This document shows positions 1 through 11,457 of a stretch of 64,000 nucleotides of DNA, one piece after another. Positions within the stretch are counted from its first letter, which is position 1. Every line of letters begins with the position of its first letter. Source of the DNA: Podarcis bocagei (lineage: Eukaryota); assembly GCA_964188305.1 (NCBI GenBank), contig OZ076887.1; one strand, 5' to 3'. Both the position numbers and the translations under genes were made by a program. Below the pieces are notes generated by a model, which was not told the DNA's origin, did no database searches, and saw only the letters and a program-made list of their open reading frames with translations.

Positions 1-174
1 ATGTGTTTTTGACAGCTACCAGGCCATAGACACTGCCTTGGGTATTCCTTGGGCAGTATTTTATGCGAGGTCTCAAGGTCCAGTAACTCCTATATGCTCA
101 GTAACTGGATTGCAACTTTTGGATGCAGTCTCTCACAAGTGTCTCTTTCCCTCCCTTTCTTTTTTTAAAAAAAG

Positions 175-297
175 AGTCCACACAAACAATCCAGGCCCTG
201 CATTATTCAACTGTAGATGGTCCATTAACAGCAAGCAAAGATTTAGAAATTAAAAGCTTAAAAGAAGAAATCGAAAAACTAAGAAAACAGGTGACTG
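175..297 (+). CDS. CDC42BPA: Exon, coiled-coil region (ESTQTIQ...LRKQVT), 123 nt, phase 1-1
   Basis: aaag|AGTCC acceptor; ACTG|gtaagt donor; lies within ORF 123..335. Confidence 0.93.
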
Positions 298-2397
298 GTA
301 AGTCCTGGCTATTTGACATTTTAACTCATCACTAGTTCTGTTTCTGCTTTTTATGTTCCATTTAATATTTCTCAGAAAATAAGGAGCAAACAATGCTTGT
401 CTACACAAACATCCACATTTACATTATCCATTAGTCTACACGTTTGAGTGAGGTGTGGTTCATTCCTTCTTTGCTGATGCCTCTGTACCTCATTTGGAAT
501 GCTGTGTGCAGTCTGGTGTCCCCTTCTCAAAAAGGATCTCGGAGATTTCAAATTGGATTGTGAATCTGGCTTGTTTGGAAACCATGGTCCATGTTTGCAT
601 GTAGTGGGAAGCTGTGGTTTAACTGCAGCTACCAGATTCGTGTCACCACTAGCATGAAGAGAGGAGCGAAATGACAGCGAAGGGGCTCCATGTGCTTTTA
701 TGCAGCCCACACGAATCCTGGCTTGTTAAGACAGGATACAGTTGTGTGACTGCCTGCAGCTAATGGTTTCAGTAACATTTTTCTGAGGCAGATATTTGGC
801 CTATGCTCACTTTATGATTTTGCTTGCATAAGCAGTTCAGTGACCAGTTTGCCCTGATTCATAGGCCTGCATGAGTACACAGTAGCACTTCTTCCAGCTG
901 TGCCTGGCAGCAGGGAGACTATTCAACATTCCAGAAAGGTTTTTCTGATTACCTTTGTAAACACAAGGAGGGTAGCCATAAGAATTGGGAGCTTGCCAGC
1001 CTTTATAAGTGGAGTTTGGTATTTATTCACATTTGCACATATAGAATTTAATAATTCATCCCCATCATCACAGCGGCTGTTGTCCTTGGAGATTGAACTC
1101 TGCCTTTTCAGTTAATATTGGCTCTTGATATTTTAGACATAATGAGTTTGTGATCACAATTCTGATTGTAATCATACTTGCTTGCTAGAAACAAAGTTTT
1201 AAATAAATAGTGTATCAACTAAACTCATGGTTTTCTTGGCATTTTGAGTGAGACTGTGGTTTGGCTGCGGAGTTGGAATTAAATTGGAAGATAAGATCAT
1301 TCTATTTGAGGTTTTTTTTTATTTAAAAAATCCTAAAATATAGTTGTTTTTTCATGATCACAGCTGTACAGGAATGTATTTTCTGTCCAAAACAACTGTA
1401 GATGGAAAAACTACACTGAATAACTCTGGCATCCCAACTTGGTTAGGGTATGCATGGAAGAGTTTATGATCTGATTTGGTTTCTTGTATAAATCACTTAT
1501 TCAAGTATGAATGCTGAAGTGAAATTTATGGCTGGTATATTGTTATATAGAGTAGCTTACTTGTTCCTCAAAAATGTGCTGAAAGTGGGATCAAATTCAA
1601 TACTGAATTTATAAATTGAGATGGGTTGTCTGATAATGAAATTAGTTCTTCCAGTTGTTGATTATCTCAGTGACATGTTTGTATTAAATTGTGTAGTATT
1701 TTCCAAATTATACTAAACATTGGTGGGGAAACTATTTCAGACTGAGAGATGGATTGGAACTTCCCCAACCTTCCAGGGCCCACTTACCAGTGGTGGGTGG
1801 GGCAAAAATAAATAGGGCTTGGGAAAATGCATGTACCTGACTTGTTCCCATGCAACATAGTGAGGCCTTGGGGAGGAGCAAAGCACTTGCGTGCATTCAA
1901 CCTATGTTCATTTTAAACTATGGATTAATGTTGTGGCTGAAGCAGATCTCTGAATTCTTGCATGGATTTTTCTCACCTAAATTTTAAGTCAAAGCTTCAA
2001 TTTTATTTGTATGGTATTACATTAAAAAAAAATCTTCTATATATTTCCAACTGGTGATGCAGCTGTGAAAAGCAGAAAGTTAAAGTGTTGCCATTGGTAA
2101 ATGGGTTTCCATTACATGAGAAAAAGGACAACAGAATATTTTTATAAATGCACATACAGTAGATACTTGGAGCACTGGATAATTCCATGAAAACGTCACC
2201 TTACAGACTCCTTTTTCATTTTCATATCACTTTAAGGATAATTTCCCAAGCAACAGTTTTTCGAAATGGTATTTTACACGTGAGTAAAATAACCTGAAGT
2301 GTGACCTGTATTCAACACTTGCCTATGAAACATATATTACCACAGATGAAAAAAATATCCATAATTTAAGATAAAACACTTATCCAAGTTATGCTTT

Positions 2398-2650
2398 CTG
2401 ATCAGAAGGTTGGCAGTTCGAATCACCGCGAGGGGGTGAGCTCCCGTTGTTTGGTCCCTGCTTCTGCCAACCTAGCAGTTTGAAAGCATGTCAAAGTGCA
2501 AGTAGATAAATAGGTACCGCTCTGGCGGGAAGGTAAACAGTGTTTCCGTGTGCTGCTCTGGTTCGTCAGAAGCAGCTTAGTCATGCTGGCCACATGACCC
2601 AGAAGCTGTACACCGGCTCCCTCAGCAAATAAAGCGAGATAGGGTCGCAA
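2398..2650 (+). mobile_element. Sauria SINE, truncated at both ends
   Basis: B-box-like GCAGTTCGAATC and body GCAAGTAGATAAATAGGTACC...CATGCTGGCCACATGACC; reverse-complement homologous to 39780-40142. Confidence 0.85.
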
Positions 2651-5423
2651 CACAATGTTACATTGGTCACTAAAGAATTACCCATACTGTAAAATACGTT
2701 TCTTTGTATCTGTAAGGATATTGGAGTATAAAAAGGTGTTATAAAACCACTCTTTTTTTTTCTTTCCATTTTCCAGTGCTATTTCTCCTGTTACTAATCT
2801 GTTCTCAGATTGCATCTCTTATTGTGGGGCCCCAGAGTGTGGTTCAGAGTCATTTAATCTTATGCTTGTACAGATCAGAAACAAGACATTGGATCCTACA
2901 ATGGGTCCTGGGAATCCTTCACAGGCAGTCTGATGCTGTGCATATTTGTTCAAAGCTTAGTTCTACTGTGTTCAGTTTACTCCTGAAGAGTATATAGGAC
3001 TGGCAACCTGCTAAGACTCACCAGCATGCTGTGGTGGTCATGGTTTGAGAACCATTGTTATATAGTGATACAGCTGCTTTTGTGTAGAACTACAGCTGTT
3101 AACCTAGAACAGGAAGACTGAATGGGAAATAGCTTATCACTAGATAATAGATGCTGAATCCGGATTTTAATTTTGTTTCTTTATTGAATGCCTGCTTAAG
3201 AACACTTCTAGTGAAAGTAAGAGTTGAAGTGTTTCACATTGGAGTTCTGCTCAGCAGTAGTCTTAGTAAATTATGGCATTTTTCTCTCCCCATCATTCCA
3301 AACAATGATAGCCTAGCATATGCTTTTAGTTTTTGAGGTTGAAGTTATAATATTTAGTTATCTAAGTTACATAGGAGAAAATTTTGAGGAATCTTTAATA
3401 TAGTGAAAAAATGTAAGGGAAAGAGTAGACAAGAGAGCAAAGTAATTTACACGTGAAAGAGAGATTTATTTTGGCTCTCTTTAACAGTATATCAATTTCG
3501 TGTGCTGGTGACTTCAGCAGAGAGTTAATCATTTCTGCCATTGAGATACAGCTGTCGTTTAAGCTTTCTCAACTTATTAAAAGGAGAGTTTGAGAATTTA
3601 TGCAGCACTAGCTATGTGTACAATTGCTGCTCTTTCAGAACCATGTTGGTGAAAAAGATTAAGCCAGTGTTGGGATTCTAGACTAGAGAACGCTGGTCGC
3701 AAACTTAAGTCTAATTGAAAAATTTTTGGATGGATTGGGTAGATTTCTTTATGACATTTTGTGACATAGCTGAGATATTTTAAATGCATTTTTAAAATGC
3801 GTGTTTGCTTTTAAGGCGGTTTACGGGGTTTTCTTTGAGTAAAAGATTTCAGGAATATGTTTCTTCAGTAGTTGCAGATGCAATAAACCTAACAGGACAT
3901 GCAAACACAAATCATAGAATCTTAGAGCTGGAAGGAACCAAAGGGTCGTCTAGTCCAGCCCCCGCAATGGTGTTAGCATTAGAAATAAAAAAAGGTATCT
4001 GAATGTAATGTGAATATGATCAACAAGATATTGCCTTTAGTAATTCAATATTTTTGGTAGTTTGTTTAAAAACACACACAAAAACAGAACATCCTGCTAT
4101 TTGATTTGTAATGTCATAGCATTGCATGTTGTGATTATACATCATAAAATTGCATACTATTTCTGGCAATCAGCTAAAGTTGAAAATTTAAACAGTGAAG
4201 GGTTTTTTAAAAATCTGATCTTAAAATTACTATGCTGAACCTGGAGTTCCATTTCCTTGGAATTAAGATATGTTGAAACAGTTAGACTTTGTCCCTGAGA
4301 GCAGAGTGTTGTTGTACTTCTGGCTGGTTCAGTGCTTCTGTCTGTCATGGTTGTGGCTACATACAGCAGATTTATTTCTGGTTGTGTGTTCTTTTCTGTA
4401 TTAGGTTCCTCTCTGGGGTTAGCACATATGGATTATTCAAGTCCAAGTGAGATGTGTGGCCATGTTTTCTTGTTTCTGTCTTCCTGTACCTTTCCATTAA
4501 AAAGGCAAAACCTTCCAGACAGCGACTTCTTAATACTTTTTCTTTCTCATTACAGAAATAATTAGCTTTGACATTATACATAGTACAATTCAGGGAACAT
4601 TTAGAAATGCAGAGTAAGACATTATTCTATGTAGCTGTTGCTTCTTTTTTTCTTATTTCTCATCAACAAAAGAAATTTGGGGATGGGAATTGAATATGGT
4701 CAGTCTGCTGTGCATGATCACAAAAAATTGATAGCTATCTGTCAACTTGATAGAACAAGGATGCTGCTGGTAAAGTGGTGGTAAAGGAAGTTGTGTGTGG
4801 CAGCATCTACTCTCTAGAACTTGCTGTTCATTAAAATTAGACAGGCACTTTCACCGTTTTCAGAGCTTGTTTAGGCAAGTCTACCCTGACATGTAATTCT
4901 ATTATTTATATCTGTTTTAATGTGCTTAACTTTTTAAAGGCTGCCCTGAAAGTTCAATAAAATGTTTGGAAACGAACAGGTTTCAGACAGAGGTTGAGAG
5001 CAACCAGCTGTCATGATATTCTGTTGCCTACCTAGGCAAATTTTCACACTAGCTCACTGTTTTCTATCCAGCAACAAGCAAATTAGTAACATCAGTATAG
5101 GAAAGTGGACCTTAAAGAAACTCTGGTTTTGATATGTGCAAATGTGAATGCATAACTAAATGTGGAGTCTCATCAGCAACTTATTTTACAGAAGGGACAG
5201 TTCGAAACAGAGATGGAAGTTGTCTCTAGAGCTAGGAAGCCCTGTTGCTATAAATAACACCCCACACACATCTCTCTTGCTTTCTAGTTGGCAACTTATT
5301 GTTCAACAGGTAATCCTCAGAGGGCTGGATTTAGCCTTGGGGTCTTAATTGGCTATTCGCTATTGTATAGCAGTAAGTATTATATTTTACGCTATGGTGC
5401 TTAACAATAATTTTCTTTCCTAG

Positions 5424-5557
5424 ATTCTGGACGACTGGAGCAGCAGCTTGAAGAGGCCAGTTCTGCAAGGCGAGAATTAGAAGATGCTTCCAGACACATC
5501 AAAACATTTGAGAAGCAAATCAAAGCACTAAAGCAAGAACGGGATGATCTTAATAAG
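5424..5557 (+). CDS. CDC42BPA: Exon, coiled coil (DSGRLEQQLEEA...DDLNK), 134 nt
   Basis: ttcctag|ATTCT; AAG|gtaaaa; in frame with neighbours. Confidence 0.93.
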
Positions 5558-5683
5558 GTAAAAATGATTTCATCTGTGCTTTTATTTAAAGACCACGCTT
5601 GCACCCACTGCACTTGAGGAACACTGTACTTGAGATTTAAATGGTCTTAACATAGGTATACAGGGGGAAAATATTACACTGTA

Positions 5684-6492
5684 CAGTGGTACCCCGCAAG
5701 ACGAATGCCTCGCAAGACGGAAAACCCGCAAGACAAAAGGGTTTTCTGTTTTGGAGGCGCTTCGCAAGACGAATTTCCCTATGGGCTTGCTTCGCAAGAA
5801 GAAAGCCCATAGGGAAATCTCCGGGGACCTCTTTTAAATGCTGGTGGTGGGGAGCAAAGCCTTTCCCCCCCTCCGGCCTTCAGAAGAGGTCCAGGAAGGC
5901 GGGTGGGGGGCGAAAGTCTTTGCTCCCCCTGCCTGCCTTCCCGGGAGAGCGGAGAAAGGCAGCGCGTTTCTCCACTGTCCCGGACGGCTTTTGAAGGCAG
6001 GCGGGGGGCGAAAGTCTTTGCTCCCCCCTGCCTGCCTTCCCGGGAGAGCGGAGAAAGGCAGCACGTTTCTCCGCTGTACCGGACGGCTTTGGAAGGCAGG
6101 CGGTGGGGAGCAAAGACTTTCGCCCCCCGCCCGCCTTCAGAAGAGGTCCAGGACCTCTTCTGAAGGCGGGCGGGGGGCAAAAGTCTTTGTCCCCCCTGCC
6201 TGCCTTCCCAGGGGCTTTTACATCGCCCCGGACAGCGGAGAAGTCCTCCGCTGTCCCGGGGTTTTTTAAAATGCTGGGGGTGGGAAGAAAAGCCCTTGTC
6301 CCCCCCCCCCCAGCCTTCAGAAGAGGTCGGGGGACAGACTGTCCCCGGACCTGGTCTGAAGGTGGTTTCCATAGGAACGCATTAATTGATTTTCAATGCA
6401 TTAATATGGGAAACCGTGCATCGCAAGACAAAAAACTTGCAAGAAGAAAAAACTTGCGGAACGAATTAATTTCGTCTTGCGAGGCACCACTG
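5684..6492. mobile_element. Non-autonomous Tc1/mariner (pogo/Tigger-like) element, 809 bp, GC-rich repetitive core
   Basis: TA at 5682-83 and 6493-94; TIRs CAGTGGTACCCCGCAAGACGAA / TTCGTCTTGCGAGGCACCACTG; repeated CGCAAGA subterminal motif; ~99-bp internal tandem units. Confidence 0.88.
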
Positions 6493-7334
6493 TATAAACA
6501 TATCAATCTGAATGCTGTTTATGAAATGGTTATTATTTAAAGAGCGTTCTTAGCATTGCCAAATGTGTGCTCATGAAGTAATATCTTCTGGTACATAAAC
6601 AACTGGGAGGGAGCGGGAGCCTCTTTCCATAGCAGTCCTGGTTCTATTCTTGCCAGAGGACAGGTTGCTGTGGGTCTGATAGAGCAACCTCATAAATGAG
6701 CACATCTAACCAAATCAACAGAAGTACAGCATGATGAGTGATAGGAAATTTGCTTTGGATGAAAGGTGCAGGTATTCCATCTTCGGTTTAGTTAGTTGGT
6801 ATAAGGGCCCCGTTAATGAGTGGCAGGGTGTTTCACCTGATTGAATTAGGAAGCAGTAGATCTTGTGATCTGGCACATCCATGATCTCCTTAGCCCAGAG
6901 CAAAGAAGACAAGGCTATATTAATTTCCATGACAAAAGAGGGTGGTGACTGGTCCTGCCAATATAATCTGTCTTTGAGAGTCAGTTTTCCGAACTAGCAG
7001 TTAAAGACAAGATAGAGACTAAGATAGGAGTGTGAGGAACATAATGAAAGTGAGCTAGCGCTGGAAAGGTTTGACTTTGGCCATAGCTACATATAATTAG
7101 CTGAATTATAACCAATCATAACCAATTCAAATTTGGTTATGAAGTTCCAATGAATGCTAGCATTTTTGTGGAACCTTTTTTGCTTGTTAAAACACTTGTT
7201 AAAGATTCTGTACAGAATCTCTTGTTTGGGGGTGGGAAGTGGGCAACTGATACTTGTTTATATTAATTCTGCAGCCCATCTAGTAGCAGAATTCTAAAAT
7301 TCATAGATATTTTATATTTTGCTTTTGACTGCAG

Positions 7335-7577
7335 GAACTAATTGAGTCTAGTGAAAGATTAAAGGCCCAAACCAAAGAGCTGAAAGATGCACACAGCCAA
7401 CGGAAACTGGCTATGCAGGAATTCTCTGAGATGAATGAGCGTCTTACTGACTTGCATTCACAAAAACAGAAACTTACTCGTCAAGTCAGAGATAAGGAAG
7501 AAGAGATGGAAGTGGTGATGCAAAAAGTAGAAAGCTTGAGGCAAGACCTACGCAGAACAGACAGAATGAAAAAGGAA
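7335..7577 (+). CDS. CDC42BPA: Exon, KELK-motif coiled coil ([10 protein letters not shown]...RMKKE), 243 nt, phase 0-0
   Basis: tgcag|GAACTA; GAA|gtaagt; overlaps ORF 7413..7616. Confidence 0.94.
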
Positions 7578-8212
7578 GTAAGTCACTTTTGGGATAGTAA
7601 CTACAAGGAAGGTTGACCAAAATAAAGCCTATTTCCCAGTGAATTTTGTTGACATGGAATAATAGTTGACAAATAATTTACTTTTGCCATTTGTTTGTAA
7701 TTCTCTGCAGTAGCTTCAGTATATTTTCAGAGTGTTCCATTTTTTTCAGTCTGGCTTTATAAAGTCTGGAAGATTTTTTAAAAAATTGAGTATCTCAGTA
7801 TAAATTTGCAAGCTAGGTAACGTTAATGGAGGGAAGATGAAGGGTTGCATTCAATATAGTGCTAAGTAGCACTTTGCACGAGCAGAATGACTTCTGCTTG
7901 TGTAACAATACTTCTCTCTCTGCTTCCCCCTCCCCATGCCCCCTAAATTTCTTCCGGGTTTTTCCCCAAACCTCCAGAGCAGATGTGGTCATAGTGTTGG
8001 GGGGTGAGGGGGGATGTCTTGTTGCACAAGCAGAGGTTATTTCGCTTACACATTTATTTAATGGAATACTGCCAATATCATTGAATAAGCTGATGATAAT
8101 GTATCAATGCTTTTTATTTCATTTTGTGAAAAAAATACAGAATAAAGTCAGGTATCAGGAATCCATTTTATCTGTTGTGAATAGATACAATATTCGCTTA
8201 CAATTTTAAGAG

Positions 8213-8296
8213 TGCAATCATATACATGTTTACTTAGATGTAAGCCTTATTTAGTCCAGTGAGACTTGTACCCAGGTAAATGTGTATAGGATTGCA
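8213..8296. mobile_element. Short palindromic MITE (TGCAATC...GATTGCA family)
   Basis: Inverted ends TGCAATCATATACA / TGTATAGGATTGCA; degraded relatives near 16205, 29878 and 42600. Confidence 0.55.
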
Positions 8297-8835
8297 TCGT
8301 GTCTGATTATATGATCTGTTTTATTTATTTATTATTAGTATTTAATTATTGATGTATGTAAATGAATTAGCCATGCTTTTGTATGTAATGGCAAAACAAC
8401 AAAACGATGATTATTTAATAACAGAGAATAGAAGTATTTGCAGCTCTGAGTGAAGATTGCTAGACAACACAGCTGCATTGTAATATGACTCCTTTCCAGA
8501 AGTTGGAGGCTAAAAATAGGAATGAATAATACACTGCAGTTGCTTACCTACTTACCTGAGTAAGCTTCATTGAACTTAGTGGGAGTTCAGTGAGTAGACA
8601 TGTATAGAACTGTTAGTGTACAATCTAAGCACCGTTATTCCAGCTGATGTCAGCGGGACTTACTGAAAGTCAGGGTGGTTTGGGAAGTTCACTGCCCTTG
8701 GCTTCTGCCTAACCATCCGAAACAGGTCACAGTTGAGGACAGAATACTAAGAAACATGAGTTCTTTTTCTGTGCATTATAAAAGAAACCAACGTTCAAAA
8801 CAGTGGTTATGATTTTAAAAAAAATATTTTTGTAG

Positions 8836-8946
8836 CTGGAAGTTCATGCTGAAGCTGCAGCTGCTGAGGCATCCAAGGACAGGAAATTGCGTGAGCGAAG
8901 TGAGCAGTACTCTAAGCAGCTGGAAAATGAGTTAGAAGGACTAAAG
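8836..8946 (+). CDS. CDC42BPA: Exon (LEVHAEAAAAEASKDRKLRE...LEGLK), 111 nt
   Basis: ttgtag|CTGGAA; AAG|gtcagt. Confidence 0.93.
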
Positions 8947-9489
8947 GTCAGTCTTTGTTAACTTCATCATTTTAAAATGGAATAGCCACATATTAGATCT
9001 GATAGATCACTGTCAGACACAGAATAAAGAGGAATGCAAGTTAGTAGTGTATATTATTGTATCTAGTTATGGAGGGAAAAACAAAAACTTTCGAATGCTT
9101 GCTTCAATGTACTTCCAGCACATTAGTACAAACTCTTTTCCTCAATTACCTCATTTACATGTAATATGAAAGATTAGAGAATCCCAAGAAATGTTACTAG
9201 TTTGTTTCTTCTAATGCAAAGGTTCCCAGTTGTAACTAGAATAGTGTGCATTTAGAGACTAATGGAAAGCAAGGGATTCTTAAATGTTATAAGCCATTTT
9301 CCAGTGGATCAAACAGGGGATTTTGTTGGGAACTTTGTCTTGCTATGGGATGGCAAGATGAGGTGGACCATGGACATGATAATTTCTGAGTGTCCTCTCT
9401 GACATTGCAGATTCCATGCTTCTCCTTGGTATTTATGGGAACTGTAGTCAATGAAACAGGCCAGATAATGACTAGAGTGCAGATTGCGA

Positions 9490-10705
9490 CTGTCTCACTC
9501 CAAAGGTGGCCGAAGAGAGGTTAGAGCATATAATCGTACATACAACATGGCAGTGCAGGCAGCGGAGAATGCGTATTTTGCTGCCTCTGCTGCATCCTCA
9601 GATAGCCGCACAGCAGAGCTGTCATTAACACCTGTCTTATCAGGCCTGTTATAACCTATTTGGCAAGCAAAATCAGTCACCTTCACTGTCTTGATGCCAT
9701 TATTATGCTGTCCCCATTGAGGCATCCTGTGCCACACCTAGGTCAGTTTTGTGGGATCAGTTTCAGTTGATGCGGCTTGATGACGTGGACAAGGAACTTG
9801 CATCTTTACAACTGATGACATGCCCACTCTACCCATACCATTCATGGCTAATTAAAGCTAGCCTAGGGGCTGTAGGTGACAGTACCATTGCATGCAGTCA
9901 TGATGACTGCACTTGATGAGGCAGTAGTCTGCCTCTCCTAAGAAAGACTGTTCTGGACCCAGTAATAATAATTATGGGTTCTGGACCCAGTAATAATTAC
10001 TCCCTGGCCACAAATAAGCCTTTTTGGGGTGAATGTGCTTTAGAGGGTTGTGATGTGGTGATTGCAGACATAGTTCCATAATAATGGTTTATCTGGATCC
10101 GTTTCAGTCTTGAGTTCAGGCCTCATTGGGGGACTGAATGGGCTTTCATTGCCACTTTTATCAAAAGAGGGACAAGCGGAGCGCAACCTTGCTCCTTCCA
10201 CATATCACCTTCGTGACACCACTGACTGTGGTATGCTCATGGATCAACTGTATTGGATTTATATCAGTGCCTCTGTGTTTCTGTGGTTCTGTTCCTATCT
10301 GCAGGGTCAATTCCAAAAAGTAGCATTAGGGGGGTGCTTCTCAAGTTCCTTGCTTTGGGGTTCCACTGGACATAATTCTGTCCCCAATGCTATTTAACAT
10401 CTATATGAAGCTATTGAGAGTAGGCCTTGTTTGGAGTGAATTGTCATCCGTAACACCTGAATTGGGAGTGTCCATGCATGCTGAGAACTGATGCCTGGAC
10501 ACAGTGGCTAGATAAGGGCCAATGAAACAAACCCTGTTATGCAGGAGACCCTGTGGGTGAGAGGTTCTTGTGTCTGGGAGATAGACCAGTTTCCTGACTG
10601 GATGAGGCTACACTCACTCTGAAAGAGTAGGGAGACCCAAGTAGTAGTCATGGCTTGGAGCACCTTTTACCAGCTTTGGCTGGTATGCCATCTACAGCCA
10701 TTTAT
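9490..10705 (+). mobile_element. Highly degraded L2-type LINE ORF2 (RT) fragment
   Basis: Remnants resembling LDPFQSG and FNIYMK RT motifs, with frameshifts; 3' part similar to 62330-62420; boundaries approximate. Confidence 0.6.
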
Positions 10706-11209
10706 ATATTGTCAGGCAGAAAAGCATATCCTGAAGTAGAATTGTGCTTTTAAATATAAGAAATTCAGTGTACTGTTTTTAAAAAAATTGTTAGTATTTT
10801 CAATCTGTACTTGAACAGAATGCTGAAATGACAGGAGACAATTAAGGCTTCACTCATATGAATGCTTTCCTTAAGAGTATGACCCATTAAATGCTGTGGG
10901 GCTCACTTCTGAGTATATATACATAGGTTTTCACTGCAATACTGTTAAAGCCCACGGATCATGTTACGTTTACCAATCTATTGCTTGATACAGTATAGGG
11001 TGTCTTTGCTGGTTGTTAGTTTGACATTGATTTCAAAACAACTTGGATATTGATGTAAAAATGTAATTGCAGTTAGTTGTACTTTCACTTAAATGTGTTT
11101 CTCTCCCCCCCCCCACTAGATTGAGGTATTTCTAAGCTCATACTTTCATAGTTCTGCAATGAAGACTAATCATGGAAGCTAATTATGAGATGTCCCCTTT
11201 TTTTAATAG

Positions 11210-11457
11210 CAAAAACAAATTGGTCGCTCCCCAGGGGTGAGCAGCACAGAACATCAACAAGAGATCACAAAATTAAAATCTGACTTGGAGAAGAAAAGCG
11301 TTTTTTATGAAGAAGAGATATCTAAACGAGAACTAATACATTGTAATGAAATAAAAAATTTGAAGAAGGAACTGCGTGATGCAGAAAGCCAACAACTTGC
11401 TCTCAAAAAAGAGATCCTAATCTTGAAAGACAAGTTAGAAAAGACAAGGAGAGAAAG
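11210..11457 (+). CDS. CDC42BPA: Exon ([19 protein letters not shown]...KTRRE), 248 nt, ends phase 2
   Basis: taatag|CAAAAA; AAAG|gtatgc; in frame with ORF 11237..11467. Confidence 0.93.

Noticed and set aside
288-297. Alternative donor CAG|gtgact 7 nt upstream of the true donor
   Set aside because: Wrong phase for the next exon.
5695-6480. Spaced CGCAAGA repeats resembling a CRISPR-like array
   Set aside because: Repeats are too short and irregular, lie inside a TA-flanked TIR element, and the DNA is eukaryotic with no cas genes.
5686-6540. Overlapping 100-197 aa ORFs on both strands
   Set aside because: By-products of the GC-rich repetitive MITE core; no transposase (DDE/HTH) motifs seen.
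9950-9997. 20-bp direct repeat with 28-bp period
   Set aside because: Local slippage duplication inside a dead L2.
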